A stretch of 64,000 nucleotides of DNA from a virus. The translations under genes and the position numbers were made by a program. Under the pieces are notes generated by a model. That model worked only from the letters and a program-made list of their open reading frames with translations, did no database searches and was not told the DNA's origin. Every line of letters starts with the position of its first letter. The stretch's first letter is position 1. This document shows positions 29,518 to 38,491 of the stretch, piece by piece. The stretch is from IMG/VR virus record IMGVR_UViG_3300013126_000016, positions 1 to 64,000 of that record; one strand, given 5' to 3'.

Positions 29518-30116
29518 TTAAAGCTGGAGAACTTCTACCTGGTATGAGCGCTATTAGCCAAGAGCCTGTTTGGTTAATAGCTTTAGACCAAGCCTTAGAA
29601 AACACGGGTATTGCTATACTATCTACAGGTAAAGGTATAATCTACACAAGTGTTTTAAAGACTAACAAGAATCATATAATAGAAAATAGACTAGCTTATA
29701 TTGACAGAGTAATAGAAGAATTAATAAGGGAGTTAGACCCAATAGATATAGCAATGGAGGAGGTGTATCCTGGATTAGCGGGGAGAACAGTAAGTATTTT
29801 GTCACAAGTTTACTGTACGATAACAAATATATGTCACAGAGTAGATAAGAAGTTTAAAATATACAGTTCATCTAAATTAAGAAGAGGGAGTTGGGTAAAG
29901 AAACTAGATTTAGAAGGGACAAAAGCGTATTGTAGGAAATGGTTAGTAGAAGATTTAGGAGAGGAGCAGATAAAAGACTTAGAGGATCATGAGACTGACG
30001 CAATAGGTATTTTATGGGCTATGGCACTAGACAAAGGAGCAAGAAAGGATAATATTAAATATATGAACATCCAAAAAACTCCATTTGACCAATTAAAATT
30101 ACTAAGAAAACTATGA
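29493..30116 (+). CDS. RuvC-like Holliday junction resolvase
   Basis: LIALDQALENTGIAIL, RLAYI, IAMEE, DHETDAIGI. Confidence 0.8.
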   Translation: MFTEQNQIIKAGELLPGMSAISQEPVWLIALDQALENTGIAILSTGKGIIYTSVLKTNKNHIIENRLAYIDRVIEELIRELDPIDIAMEEVYPGLAGRTVSILSQVYCTITNICHRVDKKFKIYSSSKLRRGSWVKKLDLEGTKAYCRKWLVEDLGEEQIKDLEDHETDAIGILWAMALDKGARKDNIKYMNIQKTPFDQLKLLRKL

Positions 30117-31246
30117 CCCGTAACTTTTCCTTACCCACAACATCTTATACAAGATTAAGTAGTTATCCTAAATGCCCTACAAAGTACAATAACACGTATG
30201 AAAACAAGATTACAACGAATTTAGTAGAGAGTATAGAAGAGAGTTTAATAACAGGAACTTTAACGCACTTACTACTAGAAGAGTATCTAAAAGAGGGAGT
30301 ATTAGGAGATAAAGCAAAAGATTTAGTAGTAGATCTAGTAGTAGATAAGTGGTTAAGGGAAAGTTGTAAATTGGAAGCGCAAGTAAACAATGACGAGTTT
30401 ATAGCAGCAGAGTTAGACGTAATAGGGATAAGAAAGTATATAAAAGAGATAGGGAAGATATATAGGAAATGCGCGGCTAATTATATAAAAGAAGATGCTA
30501 TAAGGAACACAGACATGTCTGTGCCAAAGGATCCAATAAAGTATCCGCCAACAGTCTTAAAAAAAGAGATTAATTCTAGTGGATTAAATAATCTAGGTTT
30601 AGGAATAAATAATAGTGCAGCAATAATAAACCCACAATTTAGGAGAATAGTTTTAACAGAAGTATTAGGAAAAGCAGGATTATACTTTTATAGTTTTGAA
30701 GTACCGCAATGGGTTAAGAAAACGTTAGCAGTGGAATTAAGGTTTGATGATTATAATTTAGAGTGGAAAAATAAAATATGGCTAGGAGGTATAGACTGGG
30801 TATTTGAAACTGTTAGTGGGGAAATAGTAATATGCGATCATAAAACAGAAAAAGAAAAGACTTCGGAATTAGATGCACAGTATCACCCTCAATTAAACTT
30901 ATATGTAAACCTTTATTATTCTATAACAAAGGTAATAGCTGACTATGTAGCTATAAATCACTTACCTAGTGGAAATATAGTGTTAGCAAAAGTAGATGCG
31001 AGTATAGTGTATAGAATAGTAAAAGGATTAGAAGATATAGAAGATGCGATACAGGAGAGTATAAGGACAGGAAAGTGGAGAAAAGCTCTAGCGCCATTAG
31101 AATATAATTCGCCGTGTTTAACAAGAGACTGGCAGACTAAAAAACTGTCAAGAGTATGTAAATATTTTAGACATTGCTGGCCTAATTACAGTGAAGAAAT
31201 AGCAATAGAAATAAAGAATTTTGAGATAGAAGGAAGAGAGGAGTAA
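30113..31246 (+). CDS. PD-(D/E)XK nuclease (RecB/AddB/Cas4-like)
   Basis: SYTRLSSYPKCP, GTLTHLLLE, GGIDW...ICDHKT, QLNLY, C...CKYFRHC. Confidence 0.85.
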   Translation: MTRNFSLPTTSYTRLSSYPKCPTKYNNTYENKITTNLVESIEESLITGTLTHLLLEEYLKEGVLGDKAKDLVVDLVVDKWLRESCKLEAQVNNDEFIAAELDVIGIRKYIKEIGKIYRKCAANYIKEDAIRNTDMSVPKDPIKYPPTVLKKEINSSGLNNLGLGINNSAAIINPQFRRIVLTEVLGKAGLYFYSFEVPQWVKKTLAVELRFDDYNLEWKNKIWLGGIDWVFETVSGEIVICDHKTEKEKTSELDAQYHPQLNLYVNLYYSITKVIADYVAINHLPSGNIVLAKVDASIVYRIVKGLEDIEDAIQESIRTGKWRKALAPLEYNSPCLTRDWQTKKLSRVCKYFRHCWPNYSEEIAIEIKNFEIEGREE

Positions 31247-31250
31247 AAGA

Positions 31251-32078
31251 ATGAGTTTACCAGAAAGGGAAGCGTCAAACAAAGCAGCAGCTTCCTACAT
31301 AAGTAAAAGGACTGGGTTTACTAGAGAAGAAATTATAAAAGTATTAGTTTTATACCAGGAATACTTAGTAGTTAGATTACTAAAACACGAAAAAGTTATA
31401 ATACCAAACGTATTAACTCTTTATACTAGATTAAGATTAGGAGAATATAGTATAGTACCCTGTGTAGCAGAAAGATTAAAAGAATGGTACAGAAAGAAAG
31501 TTAGAGGAGAAATACTGTTAATAGAATCAGAAGAGGAAAAAAAGGAGTTAATTTATAATAAAGAGAAAAGCATAAAATACAGAGAGTTAGCCAGTAAATA
31601 CATATCGAACATAAGAAATGCTGGATTTGAAAGAGAAGTATGGAGTAATTATAGTAGAGGGGACATATCCTTTTTAAGTTTCTTAAGATATTTGCAGCAA
31701 GATTTTCCTTATAGAAGAGATTGGTATGACGAATGTAGTAACGAGTCTATAAAACATATATACATCAAAAAGATACTAGAATTATATAAAAAAAAGTATC
31801 CCAAGCATTTTTTGTACTTAGAGTATTTATGGTTAGGTGTAGGGAGAAGAAAAAGTTTAATGTTAAGGAATAAGATATTAGCAGGGGAGTTGTTATTAAA
31901 CTGGGAAATAATAGTAGACATTGTAGTGTTAATAATAAGGTTTCCAGAATTTTGTCCTGAGTTTATAAGGGAGCTAGTAACAGAGTTTAAAAAGTTTAGA
32001 ATAGAAGAGCAGGAAAGAAATGGATTACTATCAAGAGCACGAATACACCCCTCCGTTATTGAACCTAGAAAAAAGTGA
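31251..32078 (+). CDS. Hypothetical protein with HU/IHF-like N-terminus
   Basis: ISKRTGFTREEIIKVL.......L...EKVIIPNVLTL. Confidence 0.45.
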   Translation: MSLPEREASNKAAASYISKRTGFTREEIIKVLVLYQEYLVVRLLKHEKVIIPNVLTLYTRLRLGEYSIVPCVAERLKEWYRKKVRGEILLIESEEEKKELIYNKEKSIKYRELASKYISNIRNAGFEREVWSNYSRGDISFLSFLRYLQQDFPYRRDWYDECSNESIKHIYIKKILELYKKKYPKHFLYLEYLWLGVGRRKSLMLRNKILAGELLLNWEIIVDIVVLIIRFPEFCPEFIRELVTEFKKFRIEEQERNGLLSRARIHPSVIEPRKK

Positions 32079-32772
32079 TGATAACAAAGTAATTAATGAG
32101 ATTAATAACGCATTAGTTTACTTTGAGCAATTACAAGACTGTGTAGAAAGGTTAGAGGTAGTAGATAGAAATCTAAAAGTAAACGAATACACAGAAGATA
32201 TAAAAGTTGTAATAGAGAAGTTAAAGACGTTGATAGCAGCATTAGACACTAATGAAGGGGAAGAGAGTGTAAAGCATTTATTTAAGGAAGGTAATTTAAA
32301 CAGATTACCAAAGACAAAAATAGAGAGATTAGGGTACGGGAGAATAATAATAGATTCATTAAATAGGGGTGAGAGTATAAAAGATATATCTAATAAACTA
32401 TCTTTATCAATTTCAATGGTGTCTAAATTCTGCAAAATGTATGAAAGTTTAAAACCTTCTCAGAAATATGAAGTAAAGAGAAGATCAGTATTTAATATAG
32501 CGGATAACTATGAGGAGTTATACGTTTTATTGTATAGGACTCTATCAAAATTAGAGAGTTTAGATCCAGAAGTTTATGTAAAGTGTGCAAGCGAGGTAAG
32601 GTTATTACTAGCAGCAGTTGATAAATTTATAGAGAAGAATACGGAGAGAAAAAAGATACAGGAGTTAGGGCAAGTAATACTAGAAATATTAATAGCAGAG
32701 TCACCGGAAAGGAGGGGGCATATAATAGAGAGATTTAGGAAGATAGGGATAGGGCACATGATAGGAGTGTAG
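32020..32772 (+). CDS. HTH DNA-binding protein
   Basis: RGESIKDISNKLSLSISMVSKF. Confidence 0.55.
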   Translation: MDYYQEHEYTPPLLNLEKSDDNKVINEINNALVYFEQLQDCVERLEVVDRNLKVNEYTEDIKVVIEKLKTLIAALDTNEGEESVKHLFKEGNLNRLPKTKIERLGYGRIIIDSLNRGESIKDISNKLSLSISMVSKFCKMYESLKPSQKYEVKRRSVFNIADNYEELYVLLYRTLSKLESLDPEVYVKCASEVRLLLAAVDKFIEKNTERKKIQELGQVILEILIAESPERRGHIIERFRKIGIGHMIGV

Positions 32773-32884
32773 GGTAGTAGAAAGCCGCGCGGCTACGTTA
32801 ATAAATAAGTTAATAAATTTTTTACTTATAGAAGATACTATAAGAGTTAAATTAAAAGAAGTCGCGCAAATAATAAGAAAAAAT

Positions 32885-33847
32885 ATGTTAACAGAGCCCA
32901 GGTTAAGGTATAAGCCTTTTGAGTATGAAACAGCCCATGAGCTAGGTAAAAAGCAATGGAACTCGTTTTGGACAGCTGATGAGTGTGCCTTAACAGAAGA
33001 TATATTAGATTGGAATACAAAATTAACAGAAAATGAAAAGAGAGTAGTAGGAGGAGTTTTAAAAGGATTTACCCAACTAGAACTACTAATAGGGGATTAT
33101 TGGTCAGGAGTAGACAAATGGTTTCCAAAACCAGAAATAAGTTATATGGCAAAGACCTTCAGTGCGTTTGAGGGTATACATGCAGAAGCATATAATAAAC
33201 TAACAGAATCATTAGGTATAGATGATTTTGAGGCTTTTCTATCAGACCCCCAAGCAAAGAAAAGATTAGAAAACCTAATAGAAATAAAAAAAGAAACTAA
33301 AGAAGAGATAGCAAGATCGCTGGCTATCTTCTCAGCATTTGCAGAAGGTGTTTCTTTATTTTCATCCTTTGCAGTCCTAATGAGATTTCCTATAATGAAC
33401 AAACTTAAAGGAGTAGGTACTATAGTCGAATACTCTAGTAGAGACGAGAATTTACACTCTAAAGCAGGTATATGGTTATTTAATCAATTAATAAGAGAAA
33501 ACCCATTTTTAAAAACTAAAGAGCTAGAAGATAGTGTACATGAGGCTGCAAGAGTATGTGTAGAGTTAGAAGAAGGATTCATAAAGTCTATATTTGAGCA
33601 AGGGGATTTATTAGGATTAAAAGCAGAGGATTTAAAAAACTACATAAGAGCAAGGGCAAACCAAAAACTAATAGATTTAGGGTATAAGCCTATAATAGAA
33701 TACAATAGAAAATCAGCTGAGTCTATATCAAGCTGGTTTGATACATTAACAGCAGCAGGGAGGAATCATGACTTTTTTGTGACTACAGAAACCAACTACA
33801 GTCAAAGTAAGAAGTTTGATCCAAAGAAACTAACGTTTAACTTTTAG
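32885..33847 (+). CDS. nrdB: Ribonucleotide reductase class Ia beta subunit
   Basis: EGIHAEAY, AEGVSLFSSF, RDENLH, HDFF...TNY. Confidence 0.93.
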   Translation: MLTEPRLRYKPFEYETAHELGKKQWNSFWTADECALTEDILDWNTKLTENEKRVVGGVLKGFTQLELLIGDYWSGVDKWFPKPEISYMAKTFSAFEGIHAEAYNKLTESLGIDDFEAFLSDPQAKKRLENLIEIKKETKEEIARSLAIFSAFAEGVSLFSSFAVLMRFPIMNKLKGVGTIVEYSSRDENLHSKAGIWLFNQLIRENPFLKTKELEDSVHEAARVCVELEEGFIKSIFEQGDLLGLKAEDLKNYIRARANQKLIDLGYKPIIEYNRKSAESISSWFDTLTAAGRNHDFFVTTETNYSQSKKFDPKKLTFNF

Positions 33848-33858
33848 GGTTTAAAGAA

Positions 33859-35736
33859 ATGCCAGAACAGATTAAAGTTGAAGGAATACAAAGTTTGTTT
33901 ATAGAGTTAGAAGAAGAGTTAAACGATTTAAAGGAGAAGGGAGAAGCACCACAATGGTTAAGTGGGGAGGGTTTAAAGCTGTTAAAAACAGGGTATTTAG
34001 GAGTAGGGGAAACGCCAAAAGGGATGTGGGAGAGAGTAGCCCAAGCAGCTGCCTCCAAATATAAATCTAGTAATGAAGACTATCTAAGAGATATAGAAAT
34101 GCTAGAGGAGGAGCAAGAAATAAATTTAGAAGAAAGATTCTTTGAGTTAATGTGGAAGGGTTGGCTAGGAGCAGCTAGTCCTATACTATCTAACTTAGGG
34201 ACACCTAAAGGGCTGCCTATTAGTTGTTATTCATCTTATATAGCTGACAACAGAGAATCTATTTTTAAGAGTTGGGAAGAAATAGGTTGGATGTCTTCTA
34301 TAGGAGGCGGTACAGCTGCTCACCTAAGTGACTTGAGACCTTTAGGTTCAAAGATAGCTAACGGCGGGGTTTCTAATGGAGTTGTACCTTGGATAAAAGT
34401 ATTAGACTCTGTTATGGTAGCAGTAAACCAAAGTGGGTTTAGACGAGGTGCATTAGCAGCCTATTTAGATATAGATCATCCAGACTTTTTATCGTTTTTA
34501 AAGATAAGGCAGCCGCACGGGGACATAAATCATCAATGTTTGAATATACATCATGGAGTTACAATCACAGATGACTTTATGAGAAGATTACGAGAAGGAG
34601 ATGAAGAGGCAGCAACCCGCTGGGCTAAATTAATAGAGACTAGATTTAATAAAGGAGAACCTTACATCATTTTCATAGACACAGTAAACAAAAACAACCC
34701 AGATTGGTACAAAGACAAGGGTCTTACTGTAAAAGGAAGTAACTTATGCTCTGAGATATGTTTACACACATCAGAAGAATATAGTTTAGTATGTTGTTTA
34801 AGTTCACTAAACCTAGCAAGATATGATGAATGGAAGCACGACAGATATATAATAAGAGACAGCATATTCTTTTTAGATGCGGTTATGGAAGAGTTTATAG
34901 AAAAAGCTGAACATATTCCTGGCATTAAAAGAGCTTATGAGTTTGCCTTAAAAAGTAGAGCCTTGGGGTTAGGAGTAATGGGCTATCATACTTTGTTGCA
35001 AAGTAGAGGATATGCATTTGAAAGTGAAGAAGCAAGATTATTAAATGAGGAAATATTTGAGAGAATACACAGAGAAGCATGGATGGCAAGTGCAGAGTTA
35101 GCATTTAGATTAGGGGAGCCGGAGTGGTGTAGAGGATATGGAGTAAGAAACACCCACTTAACAGCTGTTGCTCCCACAAAGTCAAATTCAGTAATAGCAG
35201 GGGGGTTAGAAGGAAATTCTATTTCAGAAGGAGTAGAACCTTACTACAATAATTATTATGTAAACGATACAAAAGGTGCTTACTTTAGAAAGAATCCAGT
35301 TCTAGTTAAATTACTAAAAGCTAGAAATAAAGATACAGAAGAAGTATGGAGTTCCATAAAAGATAATTCTGGTTCAGTCAGTCATTTAGACTTTCTTACA
35401 GAAGAAGAAAAAAACGTATTTAAGACAGCCCATGAAATAAACCAGATAGAACTAATAAATCAGGCTGGTACTAGACAACTATACATAGACCAAAGCCAAT
35501 CGTTAAACTTATTTTTTCTTAGTAGAGACGATGAAGAATACATAAACTTTATAAATGCTGTTCATGTACAATCGTGGAAAAAGGGAGTTAAATCATTGTA
35601 TTACCAAAAAGGAAAAGCAGAGTTAAGTAGTAAGAGCAATATATCCTTTGAAAGGATAGAAGAAGAGCAAAAGGAATCTATACCTGAGTTCTGTGGTTTA
35701 AGTAAAGAAGAAGGTTGTAATGTTTGTGAAGGATAG
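33859..35736 (+). CDS. nrdA: Ribonucleotide reductase class Ia alpha subunit
   Basis: PISCY, RRGA, SNLCSEI, CCLSSLN, LGLGVMG, APT, DQSQSLN, KSLYY, C-terminal CNVCEG. Confidence 0.95.
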   Translation: MPEQIKVEGIQSLFIELEEELNDLKEKGEAPQWLSGEGLKLLKTGYLGVGETPKGMWERVAQAAASKYKSSNEDYLRDIEMLEEEQEINLEERFFELMWKGWLGAASPILSNLGTPKGLPISCYSSYIADNRESIFKSWEEIGWMSSIGGGTAAHLSDLRPLGSKIANGGVSNGVVPWIKVLDSVMVAVNQSGFRRGALAAYLDIDHPDFLSFLKIRQPHGDINHQCLNIHHGVTITDDFMRRLREGDEEAATRWAKLIETRFNKGEPYIIFIDTVNKNNPDWYKDKGLTVKGSNLCSEICLHTSEEYSLVCCLSSLNLARYDEWKHDRYIIRDSIFFLDAVMEEFIEKAEHIPGIKRAYEFALKSRALGLGVMGYHTLLQSRGYAFESEEARLLNEEIFERIHREAWMASAELAFRLGEPEWCRGYGVRNTHLTAVAPTKSNSVIAGGLEGNSISEGVEPYYNNYYVNDTKGAYFRKNPVLVKLLKARNKDTEEVWSSIKDNSGSVSHLDFLTEEEKNVFKTAHEINQIELINQAGTRQLYIDQSQSLNLFFLSRDDEEYINFINAVHVQSWKKGVKSLYYQKGKAELSSKSNISFERIEEEQKESIPEFCGLSKEEGCNVCEG

Positions 35737-35807
35737 ATAATTACAATTAGGCTATTTATAGCCTAATTACATTTACATTTACATTTAACAGAATTAATAA
35801 ATTTATT

Positions 35808-36263
35808 ATGATAGAAGATATAAGTAAATATAAAGACTTAATAGTAGAGTTATACAAGCTGCAAGCTAATACTTTTGTGCTTTATTTAAAGAGTTGGGGA
35901 GCGCATTGGAATGTAGAAGGAATAAACTTTATAGAATTGCATGAGTTATTCAAAGAGGTGTATGAGGGGTTAGAAGAAGAAATAGATAGGATAGCCGAAG
36001 GGATAGGCTCATTAGGGTATAAAGCGCCGGCTAACTTAGAGTTATATATAAAGTTATCTCAGCTAAAAGAATTTAAAGGAAGTGAGAGTTATGATATACT
36101 ACTCAGTTCTTTATTATCAGACTTATTAGAAATAGAAAGTTTGTTATTAAACTGTAATAAAGAAGCTGTAAAAGTAGAATGTGAGGCTATACTTAATATG
36201 CTACAAGATATAATAGAGCAAAATAGGGTGTATATATACAAACTGAGAAGGACTGTTAAATGA
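35808..36263 (+). CDS. dps: Dps/ferritin-like DNA-protection protein
   Basis: AHWNVEGINFIELHELFKEVY......DRIAE. Confidence 0.85.
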   Translation: MIEDISKYKDLIVELYKLQANTFVLYLKSWGAHWNVEGINFIELHELFKEVYEGLEEEIDRIAEGIGSLGYKAPANLELYIKLSQLKEFKGSESYDILLSSLLSDLLEIESLLLNCNKEAVKVECEAILNMLQDIIEQNRVYIYKLRRTVK

Positions 36264-36751
36264 TAATAGAGTATAATAAACTGAATTATTTAAAAAGTAC
36301 AGATGAAGTTTTGTATGTAAGTAGTAGTAGGAGTAAAAAAGGAGATATAGAGAAATTAAAGAAAGCAGGGGGATGGGAGAAGTTAGGATTTAAAGCTGGG
36401 TGGTGGGAAGTAGACGAAGATATAACAGAGTATGCGAACGTAAGACATGCAAAAAAGATAGTAAACTTTTTAAAGAACAGTAAGAATACTTTAATTTATG
36501 CAGAGCAGATAGAAATAGGGATAGTATTAGAAGCGTGTAGGGGAGTAATACAAGAAAATAAACTAGAAAGGTACAGTGTAGGAGATGCGGTAAACGGAAA
36601 GAGAAAGGTAATACCAGATGTATGGTTAGCGGCGTTATTAGACAATGAAGCTAAAATGGGTGGGAGATTGGTAGGAGAAATAGAAAGTTACTTAGCAACT
36701 CGAATAGCAATTGACAGCGCGGCTACAATTATAGAAGGAGAATTTGATTAA
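36260..36751 (+). CDS. Hypothetical protein
   Basis: ATGA overlap with dps. Confidence 0.6.
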   Translation: MIIEYNKLNYLKSTDEVLYVSSSRSKKGDIEKLKKAGGWEKLGFKAGWWEVDEDITEYANVRHAKKIVNFLKNSKNTLIYAEQIEIGIVLEACRGVIQENKLERYSVGDAVNGKRKVIPDVWLAALLDNEAKMGGRLVGEIESYLATRIAIDSAATIIEGEFD

Positions 36752-36754
36752 GTT

Positions 36755-36928
36755 ATGACTATAGAAGAGTTATTAAGCATAGCTATAAGATATAAATTAG
36801 GGAGAGAGAAGCTAGGGGATAATTGGACTATAGGAAAAGCAGTAGAGTACGAAAGTACCCTACCAAGAAAACTAACAATTGAAGAGTTAACTAAATTAAC
36901 TAAAAGAGAGGAGCAATTACAGTTTTAG
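36755..36928 (+). CDS. Small hypothetical protein (57 aa), convergent with the recombinase
   Basis: MTIEELLSIAIRYKLG...LQF*; hand-translated. Confidence 0.4.
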   Translation: MTIEELLSIAIRYKLGREKLGDNWTIGKAVEYESTLPRKLTIEELTKLTKREEQLQF

Positions 36929-38395
36929 AGTAATAGATATTTCCTTATTAGAGTTAATAGTAATGAGTTCTATTAGAAGGAGATAGATATCACGTTTTTC
37001 TTGTTTAGTTCTACTTTTAAAAAAGAGGTCATCTTGAAAACAATCTAAAAGGAGTTGACGTTTATTATTAATAGAAGTAGAAAGAGATTTTTCCCTATTA
37101 TTGATGTGGTCTATTTGTGAATACAGTTTACGAATATTAGGAGTAAGTTCTGGGTCTTCTAGGGATTCCAGGACTTTTATTTTATTAAGGATAGGAGCTA
37201 TTAAGGGGTTTACAGAAGTAGATTCAAGTTTTTCTTCTTTTACTAAAAGAGATACTTGGTATGCTTTGTTTTTGAGTTCAGAGATAACTAAATCTTCAAG
37301 ATAAGTATCTCTAGTAATAGAGCGATTAGAGCATATACAACTTTTATAAGCTGCGCGGCAGCGGTAGTAAACATAAGTAATACCATTCTTACTTTTAGTA
37401 CTGCAAGTGTCCATACTGCGGTTACAGTGAGGACATTTAATTAATCCTGTTAGAGGATAGCATTTAGAAGAAGTGCCATAGCCTTTAAGAGAGGAGTTTA
37501 GTTTTGAGATACTTAATACTTGTTCATACTCATAGTCAGACATTAAAGTTTGATCAGGGTGAGTATTGTAAAAGATGATATTGTCTTTTGAGGTGTTACG
37601 TCTAAAGTAAGATGTATGGCCTCTTAAAATAGGGGAATGAAGCCAAACTGAGAGGCCTTGGTAAGTATATAAATCAAAAGATAAATGGTTTCTTTCTCTT
37701 CGGAGGTTTTTAGAAACAGGGGGGAAAAGGCCATACTTAGACATAACAGTTCTGAGAGTAAGGCGAAGGGATTTAAGAGACAGATAGAGTTCAATGAGTT
37801 CGCGGGCTAAATTATGAATACTAAACTCTTGTTTAGTTTCTAATAGACAAAGAAAGGGGGCAGTATTAAGTTTAGGGTAACCGTTCTCTAAAACATACCC
37901 AAAGACTGGCATAGAAACCTTTTTGCTTTTTCGTATATACTCCCAAGAATCAGAATAGCGTTCTTTAATTCGTTCTATTTCGTTCCTGCTAAAAGTTACT
38001 AAAAGGCGGGCATGAGTACGACCTCCTACAGTAGTAAGATCAATATTATCTTTAAGTCCTATGCAAGGGGTATTAGTGCTAATAACAAGTTCGATAAATT
38101 CCTCCATTAAAGAATGAGAATCAGTTAATCTATCTAAGCGTGTAAGGACTACTTGACTAACAGAATTAGATTTAATTTCTTCCATGAGTTGGGAAAGACC
38201 TTTTCGTTTTTTAGAAGAACGAGAGATAACGTCCCAATAAATTTCTGTACAACCATAAGATTTAAGTTCATCTATATGTCTTTCAAGAGTACCTTGTTTA
38301 GACAATCCATAGCTGCTTTCAGATCTAGACAAGCGGGTATAACCAATAATACGATTAGAGGGGGAGGAAAAGATAAGATGACCTGTTTTATCCAT
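36917..38395 (-). CDS. Large serine recombinase (XisF-like)
   Basis: IGYTRLS catalytic Ser, RKGLSQL, TRLDRL, PVFGY, ILRGH, LTGLIKCPHC zinc ribbon, YYRC. Confidence 0.9.
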   Translation of the reverse strand: MDKTGHLIFSSPSNRIIGYTRLSRSESSYGLSKQGTLERHIDELKSYGCTEIYWDVISRSSKKRKGLSQLMEEIKSNSVSQVVLTRLDRLTDSHSLMEEFIELVISTNTPCIGLKDNIDLTTVGGRTHARLLVTFSRNEIERIKERYSDSWEYIRKSKKVSMPVFGYVLENGYPKLNTAPFLCLLETKQEFSIHNLARELIELYLSLKSLRLTLRTVMSKYGLFPPVSKNLRRERNHLSFDLYTYQGLSVWLHSPILRGHTSYFRRNTSKDNIIFYNTHPDQTLMSDYEYEQVLSISKLNSSLKGYGTSSKCYPLTGLIKCPHCNRSMDTCSTKSKNGITYVYYRCRAAYKSCICSNRSITRDTYLEDLVISELKNKAYQVSLLVKEEKLESTSVNPLIAPILNKIKVLESLEDPELTPNIRKLYSQIDHINNREKSLSTSINNKRQLLLDCFQDDLFFKSRTKQEKRDIYLLLIELITINSNKEISITLKL

Positions 38396-38491
38396 AGGAG
38401 GAAGAGAGTTTTATGTGTATAGTAAATAAAACATAGGAGGAGTTTACTATAGAGATAAAACTTTAAAAAATAAAGTTTATAAAACTTTAGG

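Noticed and set aside
30113-31246. Cas4 as part of a CRISPR system
   Set aside because: Standalone PD-(D/E)XK nuclease next to RuvC in a recombination operon
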